Shown in pieces: positions 39,002 to 48,757 of a stretch of DNA of 64,000 nucleotides (position 1 is its first letter; each line of letters begins with the position of its first letter). Below the pieces are notes generated by a model. The model searched no databases. It was not told the DNA's origin and saw only the letters and a list, made by a program, of their open reading frames with translations. This DNA is from Bacillota bacterium (GTDB lineage Bacteria > Bacillota > Ch66 > Ch109): the NCBI GenBank assembly GCA_050952625.1, contig JBMNLH010000001.1:960001-1024000 (forward strand), in the 5' to 3' direction. Both the position numbers and the translations under genes were made by a program.

Positions 39002-40702
39002 ATCCGTGGCACACGAAAAAAACTTGTTTAAATTTTCCCCAAATCAGATATTCATGCGATCAATTCGCTAATATATGACTTTTAGTTTCAAACATAACAA
39101 TTATAATTTTACAAGTTTTTTTCACTATCACTTGACCCAAATAATTTTCCCTAAAAAAGCAATAAATATTTAAACCCCTGATTTTTTTCAAGTGCTATAC
39201 GTTAGCCTATATATACGATATACGGTTGTGAGTATCTGCCTAAGTTAAAGCAGCATTTATGTTATTAAAAACCGACCACCATGCGCACTGTTTTCCAAAA
39301 CGTAGTTTCACCTGGCGGGAATGTTTTACTATATGGGCAGCCATTGTTATTAGGTTTTGGATAACCGTTCTGATTCTACGTCTTTGAGCTTTTTTCCGTA
39401 GTGGAACCATCTGATCAGGCAACTTAACTGTCATTTGACCCAGAATTCGCAATATGTTATAGGCTAAAGCAGCTAGATGCAGTACTAGGTTATTGGTAGC
39501 AAACTTACCACTAGGTAACCGTTCCAGGTCAAGATCTGTCTTCAGTTCACTATGAAACTGTTCGGAAGTTCCATGTTCATGGTAGAGCCTTATGATATCT
39601 TTTTCGGGATCCGGCAATGATGTCCAGTAGGTATCTACTTCAATTTCGGGTAGTAAGAGTGTCTGCCCATTACTCAAGATGGTTCTTTCAACTACTTGAA
39701 AAACTATACGGATTTCTTTATCAAGCATACTATTCTTTCGGTAAATGCTGCCAGTATACACGGTTTTTCCTTCGCGTGGGGTCTGTTTATCGCCATGTTT
39801 TTGAGCAGTTTTAAGCCATTCTTCGGGTTTTTCTTTTCGGAGATTCCGTTTGATTATGTAGTCGGTTTTAGTCTGTGAATTTTCGAACATCATTATATTT
39901 TCGATGCTATCATTACCCGAATCCATTCTGACTAAAAGAGGAAGGGAACTCACCCTATTGGCGTACTGAATGCTATTTTTTAAAAAGACAGCTGTACCGT
40001 TTTGACAGTGATCCTTCCCTTCTCGGAATTCAAGATTGACTAAATAACCTTCCTGACCTAGGTAGGCGAAAATCGGAGCAAAACCATCAAAGCCCTTGTA
40101 GGTTCGTGAGGATCCCTCTTTCTTGGTTTTTGAGTTGTCAAATGGTGAAACGTCAACATCCAACGGCAAATAACAACGCTTGTTTTGACCATTTCCAAGT
40201 GTAATAGGAGTGAGGGGAGCCCCAACTTTATTGAGTAAATCCACAGATTCTTCCATAATAATTTTATCCCATCCTGATGTTGGAGCTGCCTGGTCCAAAC
40301 GTTGCCTTAAGGTAGGGCTGGAAGGTACAGTATCAATGCCCATGGCATAAGCAAAGAAATCATCATCACGATACGCTTCAATATGGTCAAAGTCATTTTT
40401 CCCGTGGCATAACAGTCCCACATAGGAAGACACTATATTGAAATGACTGATTTCAGGTTTTATGCATCCGGGTACATTCGTATTGGATAGTCGTTTTTTA
40501 AGTGAAGTTTTGTTCATCAAGTGACCAACCAAACTAAGTCCTGCAATCGGGGTAAGTATCTCATCAGAACGCTCGATAATGAATCGCATCACAGACACCT
40601 CGGGTGAATTATTCGGAATATGTTTATCTCATCTAATCTTTATTATACTCTATTATGCTTCAATTATCGAGTGCTTTTAAGTTTTCGTGCCACGGATTCA
40701 GG
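38997..40702 (-). mobile_element. IS1380-family insertion sequence, 1706 bp
   Basis: Perfect 16-bp TIR CCTGAATCCGTGGCAC at 38997-39012 and 40687-40702; 5-bp TGAAT target duplication at 38992-38996 and 40703-40707. Confidence 0.95.
39240..40598 (-). CDS. IS1380-family DDE transposase
   Basis: LDVD, VRMDSG, YHEHGTSEQFHSELKTD and LAYNILR. Confidence 0.93.
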   Translation of the reverse strand: MSVMRFIIERSDEILTPIAGLSLVGHLMNKTSLKKRLSNTNVPGCIKPEISHFNIVSSYVGLLCHGKNDFDHIEAYRDDDFFAYAMGIDTVPSSPTLRQRLDQAAPTSGWDKIIMEESVDLLNKVGAPLTPITLGNGQNKRCYLPLDVDVSPFDNSKTKKEGSSRTYKGFDGFAPIFAYLGQEGYLVNLEFREGKDHCQNGTAVFLKNSIQYANRVSSLPLLVRMDSGNDSIENIMMFENSQTKTDYIIKRNLRKEKPEEWLKTAQKHGDKQTPREGKTVYTGSIYRKNSMLDKEIRIVFQVVERTILSNGQTLLLPEIEVDTYWTSLPDPEKDIIRLYHEHGTSEQFHSELKTDLDLERLPSGKFATNNLVLHLAALAYNILRILGQMTVKLPDQMVPLRKKAQRRRIRTVIQNLITMAAHIVKHSRQVKLRFGKQCAWWSVFNNINAALT

Positions 40703-40889
40703 TGAATCTAAAAATTAAGCCATAACTATAAAGCTCTTCGGTTAGGTATCGGTTTCTGGTACAACCATTAACCATCCACCATCTGTTTTATTATCAGGAG
40801 GGGTTGTTTTTACAATCCTTCCTTTTATTGTTTGTCCCTGGAATAAAGAGGTCGGATTAGCCGTATCTATATAGGGGAGGAGAAAGAAC

Positions 40890-41924
40890 ATGACAACGGT
40901 TAACTTTCGACCGCCATCAGAGGGAATCATACTCCGGCCTTCAATGGACCCGTCAGCCGGCGGTGAGGTTATTTCTTATCTAGTACCCTGGTTACAGCAC
41001 TTATTAGCCAAACTAGGGGCCGGTATTTTAAGTGAACTGGAAGAAATCCGGATGAGGCAGGGACAAACACTGTTACTGCGGGTAGGGACAAAAGAATTTG
41101 GCATAACTGAGGAAGGGATATTAACTGATCGGTCAGAGGAAGGGGTGACGATTAGGGCCGATGACCTACTCAAGACCCTCCAGATAATTAGTCAGAGTTC
41201 TATTTACGCCCTGGAAGAAGAACTGCGGAACGGTTTTTTAACCCTGCCGGGCGGACATCGAGTCGGCATGGTGGGGCAAGCCGTAATTGAACGGGGTCGA
41301 ATCAAAACCCTAAAACATATATCTGGTCTAAACTTTCGCATTGGCAGACAGGTTTTGGGAGTAGCCGATCGAGTAATCCCTTACATAATCGATAACCGTA
41401 ACAATCGGGTTTACCATACATTACTAATCTCAGCTCCTCAAGGAGGAAAAACCACTCTCTTGCGAGATATAATTCGTCAATTGAGTGATGGAATACCCGG
41501 ACTAGGCTTTCCCGGGATTAATGTCGGCGTGGTAGATGAACGTTCGGAAATTGCTGGTTGCTATGCGGGAAAACCTCAGAAAGCGGTGGGTAGGCGGACC
41601 GATGTTTTAGATCGGTGCCCCAAAGCAGAGGGGATGTTAATGCTGTTGCGTTCTATGTCACCTCAGGTAGTCGCGACTGACGAGATTGGACGACGGGAAG
41701 ATGCCGCAGCAATTGAAGATTTACTTAATGCTGGAGTAACTGTGCTTACGACCGTTCATGGTTCCTCATTAATTGATATCGAACAGCGACCCGTGATCCG
41801 AGATCTGATGGGACAAAAGATATTTGAGCGTCTTATCTTATTAGGTCGTTCCCGGGGAGCCGGGACCATTGAAGCCATAGTCGATGGCCGGAGCGGTCGA
41901 ACCCTGATGGGGAAGGTTCCATAG
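40890..41924 (+). CDS. spoIIIAA: Stage III sporulation ATPase AA
   Basis: LEEIRMR, TLPGGHRVG, PQGGKTTLLRD, VDERSEIAG and SMSPQVVATDEIG. Confidence 0.96.
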   Translation: MTTVNFRPPSEGIILRPSMDPSAGGEVISYLVPWLQHLLAKLGAGILSELEEIRMRQGQTLLLRVGTKEFGITEEGILTDRSEEGVTIRADDLLKTLQIISQSSIYALEEELRNGFLTLPGGHRVGMVGQAVIERGRIKTLKHISGLNFRIGRQVLGVADRVIPYIIDNRNNRVYHTLLISAPQGGKTTLLRDIIRQLSDGIPGLGFPGINVGVVDERSEIAGCYAGKPQKAVGRRTDVLDRCPKAEGMLMLLRSMSPQVVATDEIGRREDAAAIEDLLNAGVTVLTTVHGSSLIDIEQRPVIRDLMGQKIFERLILLGRSRGAGTIEAIVDGRSGRTLMGKVP

Positions 41925-42021
41925 AAGGCCTCCCCGTGACCCCCACGCCTCATGCTGTGTAAGCATCGGGCTTGAATAGCGTTAAACATCTATTATTAAC
42001 CGAATCAATCAGGAGGGAAAA

Positions 42022-42546
42022 ATGAGTGCCCTAAAATTAAGCGGTGCTTTACTGATAGTATTGGCCGGCTGGTTTATTGGTTTTTCGATAGCCGAAAAAT
42101 ATCGTTTGCGGCCAGTTCAACTACGATCTCTGCAGTCTGGTTTATTGATGCTGCAAACTGAAATAAGCTACACAGCTACCCCATTGCCGGAAGCTTTGTC
42201 CCAGGTAGCTGAACGTTGTGACTTGTCGGTGCGAGAACTCTTTAAAGGAACAGCCCAAAAATTAATGACCCGACAAGGGTTTACGGCGGCTGAAGCCTGG
42301 AATATGACGCTAAAAGATTGGCAGTTAAGAGTCGCCCTTATCCCTAGCGACGTCAATATTTTACGAAACTTAGGTAGTGTTTTAGGAACTTCAAGTCGGG
42401 AAGAACAGGAAAAACATCTCCTGTTGGCCCGGGAACAACTGCGTCAGGAAGAGATTAAGGCAGAACAGGAAAGAAATAAGAATGAAACTTTATGGAAATA
42501 CACCGGCGTTTTAACTAGCCTATTAATTGTAATTATTTTATATTAA
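42022..42546 (+). CDS. spoIIIAB: Stage III sporulation protein AB
   Basis: EISYTATPLPEA and LGTSSREEQEKH; operon order. Confidence 0.93.
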   Translation: MSALKLSGALLIVLAGWFIGFSIAEKYRLRPVQLRSLQSGLLMLQTEISYTATPLPEALSQVAERCDLSVRELFKGTAQKLMTRQGFTAAEAWNMTLKDWQLRVALIPSDVNILRNLGSVLGTSSREEQEKHLLLAREQLRQEEIKAEQERNKNETLWKYTGVLTSLLIVIILY

Positions 42547-42740
42547 CCGCCCATGCCTGCTAGGCACAATCAAGGATGAAAATAACACAATCTACAAGGA
42601 ACGTGTTATTGTCTGGTTAACCATCCATGCCCGTTAGGCGCAACCATCCATGAAAATAGCGGACATACGTCATCCCGAGCGTTAGCGAAGGAACTTGCAT
42701 CTCGAAGTGGGAAGGATTCTTTGCTTCGCTCGGAATAACA
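42543..42740 (+). repeat. Two tandem family A repeats (42543-42610 and 42617-42740) between spoIIIAB and spoIIIAC
   Basis: Both start TTAACC.CCCATGCC..TAGGC.CAA...ATGAAAATA; the second carries a GTCATCCCGAGCG...CGCTCGGAATAAC palindrome. Confidence 0.8.
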
Positions 42741-42787
42741 CGATATTAAACCATCTTACTAACAACTTTAAGTGAGGGGGGAGAAAA

Positions 42788-42982
42788 ATGAGTATAGACT
42801 TGGTTTTTAAAATTGCCATTGTCGGGATTGTGGTTTCGGTCCTGCATATTGTGCTTAAACAGGCGGGGAAGGAAGATATTGCCCAAATTGTGACTTTGGC
42901 CGGGGTTATCGTCGTGCTGGTAATGGTGATCGAGTTGATCAGTGATCTTTTCGTCATGGTCAAGACAGTGTTTCAACTTTAG
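42788..42982 (+). CDS. spoIIIAC: Stage III sporulation protein AC
   Basis: IDLVFKIAIVGI...VLKQAGKEDIA. Confidence 0.95.
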   Translation: MSIDLVFKIAIVGIVVSVLHIVLKQAGKEDIAQIVTLAGVIVVLVMVIELISDLFVMVKTVFQL

Positions 42983-43018
42983 TAAGTTTTAATACACCAG
43001 ACAAGGAGTGAAGGCTGG

Positions 43019-43402
43019 GTGGAAATTTTACAAATTGTCGGTGCCGGTCTGGTAGTTACTGTCTTGATCTTGGTTATTAAGCCGCAGAGGCCAGAGTTAG
43101 CCCTTCAGGTCAGCCTGGTTTTTGGAGTCCTGGTATTCCTCCTCATTTTAGGTAAAATTTCCGGGGTTATCCATGTCCTTGAAGAATTAAGCCAGAGAGC
43201 TAATATCAATCAATTCTATCTTTCAACTATCTTAAAGATAATTGGGGTAGCCTATATTGCCGAGTTTGGTGCCCAAGTCTGTCGGGATGCTGGTGAAGGT
43301 TCGATAGCTGCCAAAGTAGAATTAGCCGCCAAGGTCATTATCATGGTTATGGCTGTACCAATTATTGTCGCAATTCTCGATTCGCTGATTAAACTGGCTT
43401 AA
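43019..43402 (+). CDS. spoIIIAD: Stage III sporulation protein AD
   Basis: LKIIGVAYIAEFGAQVCRDAGE. Confidence 0.96.
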   Translation: MEILQIVGAGLVVTVLILVIKPQRPELALQVSLVFGVLVFLLILGKISGVIHVLEELSQRANINQFYLSTILKIIGVAYIAEFGAQVCRDAGEGSIAAKVELAAKVIIMVMAVPIIVAILDSLIKLA

Positions 43403-43429
43403 GGGTCAGGCGGTTTTTGGAGGTGTTTT

Positions 43430-44656
43430 ATGGATAAATTCCGCATACTGACCCTCATTCTTTTCATGGGTTTATTATTATTGCTGATAGTACCGGCCAG
43501 TTGGGCTTCAGCCCAATCTGGGGATCCTGAATCTTCTCAAATAATAACACCAAGTATACCTGACCCGGATGAATTAATTAATCAGCAAATTCAAAAACTG
43601 GACTTTCGGGAAGTTGAAAAGACCGTAGAACAGATGAACCAGGAATTGCGAGATTATCTTCCAGCTATAGATTGGCAGCAATTCCTTCAAGATATTCGAC
43701 GGGGCGAGGTTAACTGGGACCTAAAGTCGATTCTGGGTGGGATTGGACGTTACATTTTTCGGGAAGTGATTGCTAATTCAGCCTTATTGGCCCAATTAGT
43801 AATTCTGGCAGTTGTCTGTGCGGTATTACAAAATCTTCAAGGCGCATTTGAGGAAGGTACGGTCGGTAAGTTAGCCCACGCTGTTTGTTATCTAGCCCTG
43901 CTGACTATTGCGCTAGGGTCATTTGCCATGGCAGTTGAAGTGGGACGGGAAGCAACCACTCGAATGGTCACTTTTGTTCAGACCTTATTGCCTATCCTGC
44001 TAACCATGATGGTTGCTTTAGGCGGGTTCACTTCAGCAGCAATTATGCATCCGTATATTATTGCTTCGTTAGGAATTTTTAGTACCTTGGTTAATTATGT
44101 GATATTTCCGTTGATTTTTCTAGCAGCGGTACTAAGCATTGTCAACCAACTATCGGATCGGTTTCGGGTGTCGCGGTTAGCCGGTTTGTTGCGGCAAGCT
44201 AGCACCTGGTGCCTCGGTTTAGTCATGACCCTGTTTATTGGGGTGCTTTCAATTCAAGGAGCGATGGGAGCAGTCGCCGACGGGATCACCCTGCGGACTG
44301 CCAAGTTTGCTGCGGGTACTTTTGTCCCAGTCGTGGGAGGAGCCTTTGCTGATGCCATTGATGCAGTAATTGGTTATTCCCTGTTACTGAAAAATTCGAT
44401 CGGTATTCTCGGGCTGATTATTCTCTTTGGCTTATGCGTATTTCCAGTATTAAAGATTTTGGCGATTACAATCGCTTATAAAATCGCCGCTGTCTTAGTA
44501 CAGCCTCTGGGCGATGAAGGAACCGCTGAAGCTCTGCAAGACTTAAGCAGCAGCCTAGGGTTGATAATGGTGACTGTGGCCAGTATTGGTTTGATGTTTT
44601 TTATGACTATTGCCATTATTTTGGGGGTCAGCAGCTTGACGACAGTGTTACGTTAA
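43430..44656 (+). CDS. spoIIIAE: Stage III sporulation protein AE
   Basis: Multi-TM protein with RTAKF..GTFVPVVG and LLKNSIG. Confidence 0.95.
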   Translation: MDKFRILTLILFMGLLLLLIVPASWASAQSGDPESSQIITPSIPDPDELINQQIQKLDFREVEKTVEQMNQELRDYLPAIDWQQFLQDIRRGEVNWDLKSILGGIGRYIFREVIANSALLAQLVILAVVCAVLQNLQGAFEEGTVGKLAHAVCYLALLTIALGSFAMAVEVGREATTRMVTFVQTLLPILLTMMVALGGFTSAAIMHPYIIASLGIFSTLVNYVIFPLIFLAAVLSIVNQLSDRFRVSRLAGLLRQASTWCLGLVMTLFIGVLSIQGAMGAVADGITLRTAKFAAGTFVPVVGGAFADAIDAVIGYSLLLKNSIGILGLIILFGLCVFPVLKILAITIAYKIAAVLVQPLGDEGTAEALQDLSSSLGLIMVTVASIGLMFFMTIAIILGVSSLTTVLR

Positions 44657-44694
44657 ACATTAATGTTTAACTTAGACAGAGGCGGTGATGTTCT

Positions 44695-45435
44695 CTGGAG
44701 GCAATTCGCAATATAATTCGCGAGGTTATTGTCATAGTTCTCCTGGCTGGATTACTGGAAATGCTTCTGCCCGGAAACAGTCTGCGTCGGTTTGTTAAGG
44801 TGATTATGGGCCTGTTTATTATTGTGACCTTACTGGTACCAGTGGTTTCTGTTATCGGGCAAGGCGAATCCTTAGCCATTAGTTCCTGGTTGCATTCCAG
44901 TGATGCATCCGGGGAGGTGGCTAGCGTTTTATCTAATGGTCAGCAGATAAATGAAGAACTGACAGGCATCGCAGTTGGAGAGTACGAAAAAAAATTGAGT
45001 CGTCAGGTCGCCGCAATGGTTGCTCTAGTTCCTGGCGTAAAGTGGGTTGAAGCTAGGGTGCAAATGAAATCAAGCAGCGAGGATCCTTGGGCCGCTTTAG
45101 ACAGCGTCTGGCTTGACGTCGGTTTAACCACGGCAAAGCCAACTACCCGGGAGAGGATCGGACCTGAGGATAGGGATGCGTCAGAAAAAACAGAGATTGA
45201 GGCTGAAGCAGTAAATCCGGTTAAACCAGTTGCGCCAGTAGAGATAATTAAACCGAGTGACGGAACAGAGCCGGTCAAACTGGATGAAGGGGGGATAACG
45301 GATCAGATTGGGCCGGGAGAATCAGACCAATTAATCAATTCATTAAACCGGGAACGGATTGAGGAGCAGATTCGGGATACAGTTGCTAATTTTTACGGAG
45401 TCTCTCGGGAAAAAATTCAGATTGAATTTTTCTAA
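44695..45435 (+). CDS. spoIIIAF: Stage III sporulation protein AF, probable CTG start
   Basis: Frame extends upstream of 44761 as LEAIRNIIREVIVIVLLAGLLEMLLP to a CTG after a GGTGA RBS; in-frame stop at 44686. Confidence 0.85.
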   Translation: MEAIRNIIREVIVIVLLAGLLEMLLPGNSLRRFVKVIMGLFIIVTLLVPVVSVIGQGESLAISSWLHSSDASGEVASVLSNGQQINEELTGIAVGEYEKKLSRQVAAMVALVPGVKWVEARVQMKSSSEDPWAALDSVWLDVGLTTAKPTTRERIGPEDRDASEKTEIEAEAVNPVKPVAPVEIIKPSDGTEPVKLDEGGITDQIGPGESDQLINSLNRERIEEQIRDTVANFYGVSREKIQIEFF

Positions 45436-45463
45436 GGCTAGGCCAACAAGCGAGGTGTTGGAT

Positions 45464-46093
45464 ATGAAGGGAATTAGGGAGTTAATCAAGTCCCCGATGC
45501 AAAATTGGAGCAAACCTCTTATCATCTTGGGCGGCTTAGGAATCTGCTTAATGCTGATTTCGAGCATGCGGTCAGACTTTAGTTCAGATGTTTCTCCCTT
45601 GCCCGAACAAGGTATGTTAGTCTCTACTTCCTCTTCCAATGAAATAATTAGCTCCACCCAGAATGCTTCTGTAGCTGGTTCTGAGGAAGAGGTTTTGGAG
45701 CGTCGATTGGAATCAGCGTTACAGCCAATTGTCGGGATTGGCCAGGTTAAGGTGGCTATTTCATTGGATTCTGGAACCCGTTATGAGTACGCTACCAATC
45801 TAAATACTAATCAACGCGAAGTTACGGAAAGGGATGACCGGGGAGGAGTGCGGAGCACTGTAGAAAAAATCCAGGATCAAGAACTAGTGCTTATGCCAAA
45901 CAGCCAACAGTCTTCCAGTCAATTGTTACTGGTCCAGGAAATTAGACCAAGTATTAAGGGTGTCCTTGTCGTCGCCGAAGGAGCTGAGGATGCTCGGGTC
46001 AGGGAGGAACTAACCCGGACAGTGCAGATTGCTCTAGATGTACCAGCGCACAAAATCAAAGTGATGCCCGGTGAAAAACGAGAAGGCAGGTGA
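45464..46093 (+). CDS. spoIIIAG: Stage III sporulation protein AG
   Basis: TM helix, IVGIGQVKVAI, PSIKGVLVVAEGA and VPAHKIKV. Confidence 0.93.
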   Translation: MKGIRELIKSPMQNWSKPLIILGGLGICLMLISSMRSDFSSDVSPLPEQGMLVSTSSSNEIISSTQNASVAGSEEEVLERRLESALQPIVGIGQVKVAISLDSGTRYEYATNLNTNQREVTERDDRGGVRSTVEKIQDQELVLMPNSQQSSSQLLLVQEIRPSIKGVLVVAEGAEDARVREELTRTVQIALDVPAHKIKVMPGEKREGR

Positions 46094-46097
46094 GAAG

Positions 46098-46715
46098 ATG
46101 ATTACCTTGGTGTTTCAACGTCGTAAGCTTTGGCTGGGATTAGGTGCCTTAGCCATCCTGGTTCTGTTAATTTATTTCTGCTGGCATTATATCGGTTTGG
46201 TTAAAGCAACTTTGGCCGAAGCCAATCCGTTGCTTGTTCCGGTCGAAGAAATCAGGATAAGCAATAGCTCCGAACCGTTAAGTGCGTTGGAAAATCAGGC
46301 TATTTCTGAAATGGAAAATGAATTAATTCCAGTAACCGCGGTGGGGGCGCAAGCCAAGGAGAATAGCCGGCAATTTTTTGCGGAGTTTCGGATGGAGCGG
46401 GACCGAGTTCGCAGTCAGCAGGTTGAGCTTTGCCGAGAAATTATCAACAATCCTGGTTCAACCACGGAAATTCGTCAGGAAGCCCAGCAAAAATTGTTAA
46501 ATTTAACGCAAGAAATTGACAAAGAAATGAAAATAGAAAATTTACTAACTGCCCGAGGTTATTCTGAGGCAGTGGTTTTTTTGCAGCCGCAAACAGTAAG
46601 CGTAGTTGTTTTAAGCCCGGGGTTTACAGAGGAACAGAAGCAAGCAGTAATCAAGCTGGTTAGCAACGCTCTGGGCTATAAAGAAAATATGGTTTCGGTT
46701 ATAACTCGAGAATAG
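46098..46715 (+). CDS. spoIIIAH: Stage III sporulation protein AH
   Basis: FFAEFRMERDRVRS and IENLLTARGYSEAVV. Confidence 0.9.
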   Translation: MITLVFQRRKLWLGLGALAILVLLIYFCWHYIGLVKATLAEANPLLVPVEEIRISNSSEPLSALENQAISEMENELIPVTAVGAQAKENSRQFFAEFRMERDRVRSQQVELCREIINNPGSTTEIRQEAQQKLLNLTQEIDKEMKIENLLTARGYSEAVVFLQPQTVSVVVLSPGFTEEQKQAVIKLVSNALGYKENMVSVITRE

Positions 46716-46879
46716 GAGATAAATGCTTATTGCCAAACCTTATCCTGACCAACTATAATTAAAGATGGAGTTTTATAAACTCAGGTAACCAGTGGGTACC
46801 TGAGTTTCAATTTGTTAAGGTAGGTTGTATACAGAATTTCTAAGCCGTATTATATTGTCGGGAGACAGGAGGATATTTA

Positions 46880-48235
46880 ATGGAAAGACTAAAAATTACG
46901 GATACCACCTTGCGTGATGGGCATCAGAGCTTGTGGGCGACTCGGATGCGGCTAGAAGACATGCTGCCGATTTTAGAGCGGATTGATCAAATTGGTTATC
47001 ATTCCCTAGAGGTTTGGGGTGGAGCGACCTTTGATGTTTGTCTCCGCTTTTTGAATGAGGATCCTTGGGAGCGGCTGCGGGTTATTCGCCAGAAGGTGAA
47101 GAAAACCAAATTGCAGATGCTGCTGCGGGGACAGTCTTTGGTAGGCTATAGCCACTATCCAGATGATGTTGTGGAAAGATTTGTCGTTAAAGCAGCGGAA
47201 AATGGAATTGATATTTTTCGAATTTTTGACGCCCTCAATGACATCAGAAATTTAGAAAAAGCCATGCAAGTGGCCAAAGAAACTGGTAAGCATGTTCAGG
47301 CTTCAGTGGTTTATACAATTAGTCCGGTACACACTCTGGAGCACTACGTGGAAACTGCCCTGAAGCTAGAGGATCGCGCCGCGGATTCTATCTGCATCAA
47401 GGATATGGCCGGACTACTTTCTCCTTACCGGGCTTTTGAACTCATCTCCGCCCTGAAAGCACGTTTGCGAATACCAGTTCAATTACATACCCATTATACT
47501 GGAGGTATGGCGGTGGCGACCTATCTTAAAGCAGCCGAAGCCGGCGTCGATGTGGTAGATACCGCTACGGGCCCGCTCGCTTTTGGTTCCTCCCAACCAC
47601 CAGTTGAAACCATGGTCCGGGTGATGCAGGAAAGTCCGCGGCAGACTGGGCTGGATTTAAGCCAACTATTTGAGATTTCTGATTACTTTGAAGACGTCCG
47701 GATTAAACGAGGACATGAACGGGGGATTACTAGAATCTCTCACCTGCGGGTATTCGAACATCAAGTGCCGGGCGGCATGATTTCCAACTTGGTCGCCCAA
47801 TTAGAGGAACAGCAAGCCTTGAACCGGCTACCTGAAGTCCTGGTGGAGATTGCCCGGGTGCGTGAGGAACTGGGTTATCCTCCGCTGGTTACTCCAACCA
47901 GTCAGATTGTCGGGACCCAGGCTGCGGTTAATGTGCTTACTGGCAAACGATACGGCATGGTCCCTGGCGAGGTTCGCAAGTATGTCCAGGGTTATTATGG
48001 TAAAGTTCCGGGCGAGATCAAACCAGACATCAGGAAAAAGATACTCGGTAAAACTCAAGCCATCGAATGTCGACCGGCTGATTTAATTGAGCCCCGACTC
48101 CAGCAGTGCCGCGAGGAAATTGGGAGCTTGGCCCAAACTGAAGAAGATCTCCTAAGTTATGCTCTTTTCCCCATGGTCGCCAAAAAATTTCTGGAGGAAA
48201 AAGCTAACAAACCGGCACAAAATGAGGATAATTAA
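46880..48235 (+). CDS. Pyruvate carboxylase subunit B / oxaloacetate decarboxylase alpha carboxyltransferase (no biotin domain)
   Basis: DTTLRDGHQSL, EVWGGATFD, IKDMAG, HTH, VPGGMISN and YPPLVTPTSQIVG. Confidence 0.9.
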   Translation: MERLKITDTTLRDGHQSLWATRMRLEDMLPILERIDQIGYHSLEVWGGATFDVCLRFLNEDPWERLRVIRQKVKKTKLQMLLRGQSLVGYSHYPDDVVERFVVKAAENGIDIFRIFDALNDIRNLEKAMQVAKETGKHVQASVVYTISPVHTLEHYVETALKLEDRAADSICIKDMAGLLSPYRAFELISALKARLRIPVQLHTHYTGGMAVATYLKAAEAGVDVVDTATGPLAFGSSQPPVETMVRVMQESPRQTGLDLSQLFEISDYFEDVRIKRGHERGITRISHLRVFEHQVPGGMISNLVAQLEEQQALNRLPEVLVEIARVREELGYPPLVTPTSQIVGTQAAVNVLTGKRYGMVPGEVRKYVQGYYGKVPGEIKPDIRKKILGKTQAIECRPADLIEPRLQQCREEIGSLAQTEEDLLSYALFPMVAKKFLEEKANKPAQNEDN

Positions 48236-48298
48236 TAAAAAACTGGACGCAATGATTAATATTTGGTACAATAAGTAAAACTACCCAGGGATGGAGGT

Positions 48299-48691
48299 GT
48301 GAGAATGGAAAAGGTTGAACGGGGTGATCTTGGCTCAATTCGGATTGCTGATGAGGTCGTGTCAATCGTTGCCGGTTTAGCAGCCACAGAGGTTCCCGGG
48401 GTAGCCGGTATGAGCGGCGGGATTGTTGGCGGTATCGCGGAAATGTTAGGTCGCAAGAATCTGACCAAGGGAGTTAAAGTTGAGGTAGGAGAAAAAGAAG
48501 CAGCGGTTGATCTGTATATTATTGTTGAGTATGGGGTGAGGATACCGGAGGTAGCCTTACGAATCCAGGAAGCAGTGAAACGGGCAATTGAAAGCATGAC
48601 TGGCCTAACGGTAGTTGAAGCTAATGTTCACGTTCAGGGCGTTGCCCTTCATCCAGGGGAGACTAAGGAAGAAGAGCCCCGAGTAAAATAA
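48299..48691 (+). CDS. Asp23/Gls24 family protein (YqhY-like)
   Basis: IADEVVSIVAGLAA and AIESMTGL. Confidence 0.92.
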   Translation: MRMEKVERGDLGSIRIADEVVSIVAGLAATEVPGVAGMSGGIVGGIAEMLGRKNLTKGVKVEVGEKEAAVDLYIIVEYGVRIPEVALRIQEAVKRAIESMTGLTVVEANVHVQGVALHPGETKEEEPRVK

Positions 48692-48706
48692 GAAAAGCGA
48701 GAGTCA

Positions 48707-48732
48707 AACCCCCTGCGCTAAACAGGGGGTTT
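48707..48732 (+). terminator. Hairpin terminator
   Basis: AAACCCCCTG-cgctaaa-CAGGGGGTTT. Confidence 0.65.
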
Positions 48733-48757
48733 AAGTTATACGAGGAGTTGTGGTACC

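Noticed and set aside
40830-40870. sigma-E promoter and SpoIIID box upstream of spoIIIAA
   Set aside because: Expected biologically, and GAATAAA-N14 fits the -35, but the -10 (CGTATCTA) is too weak to call.
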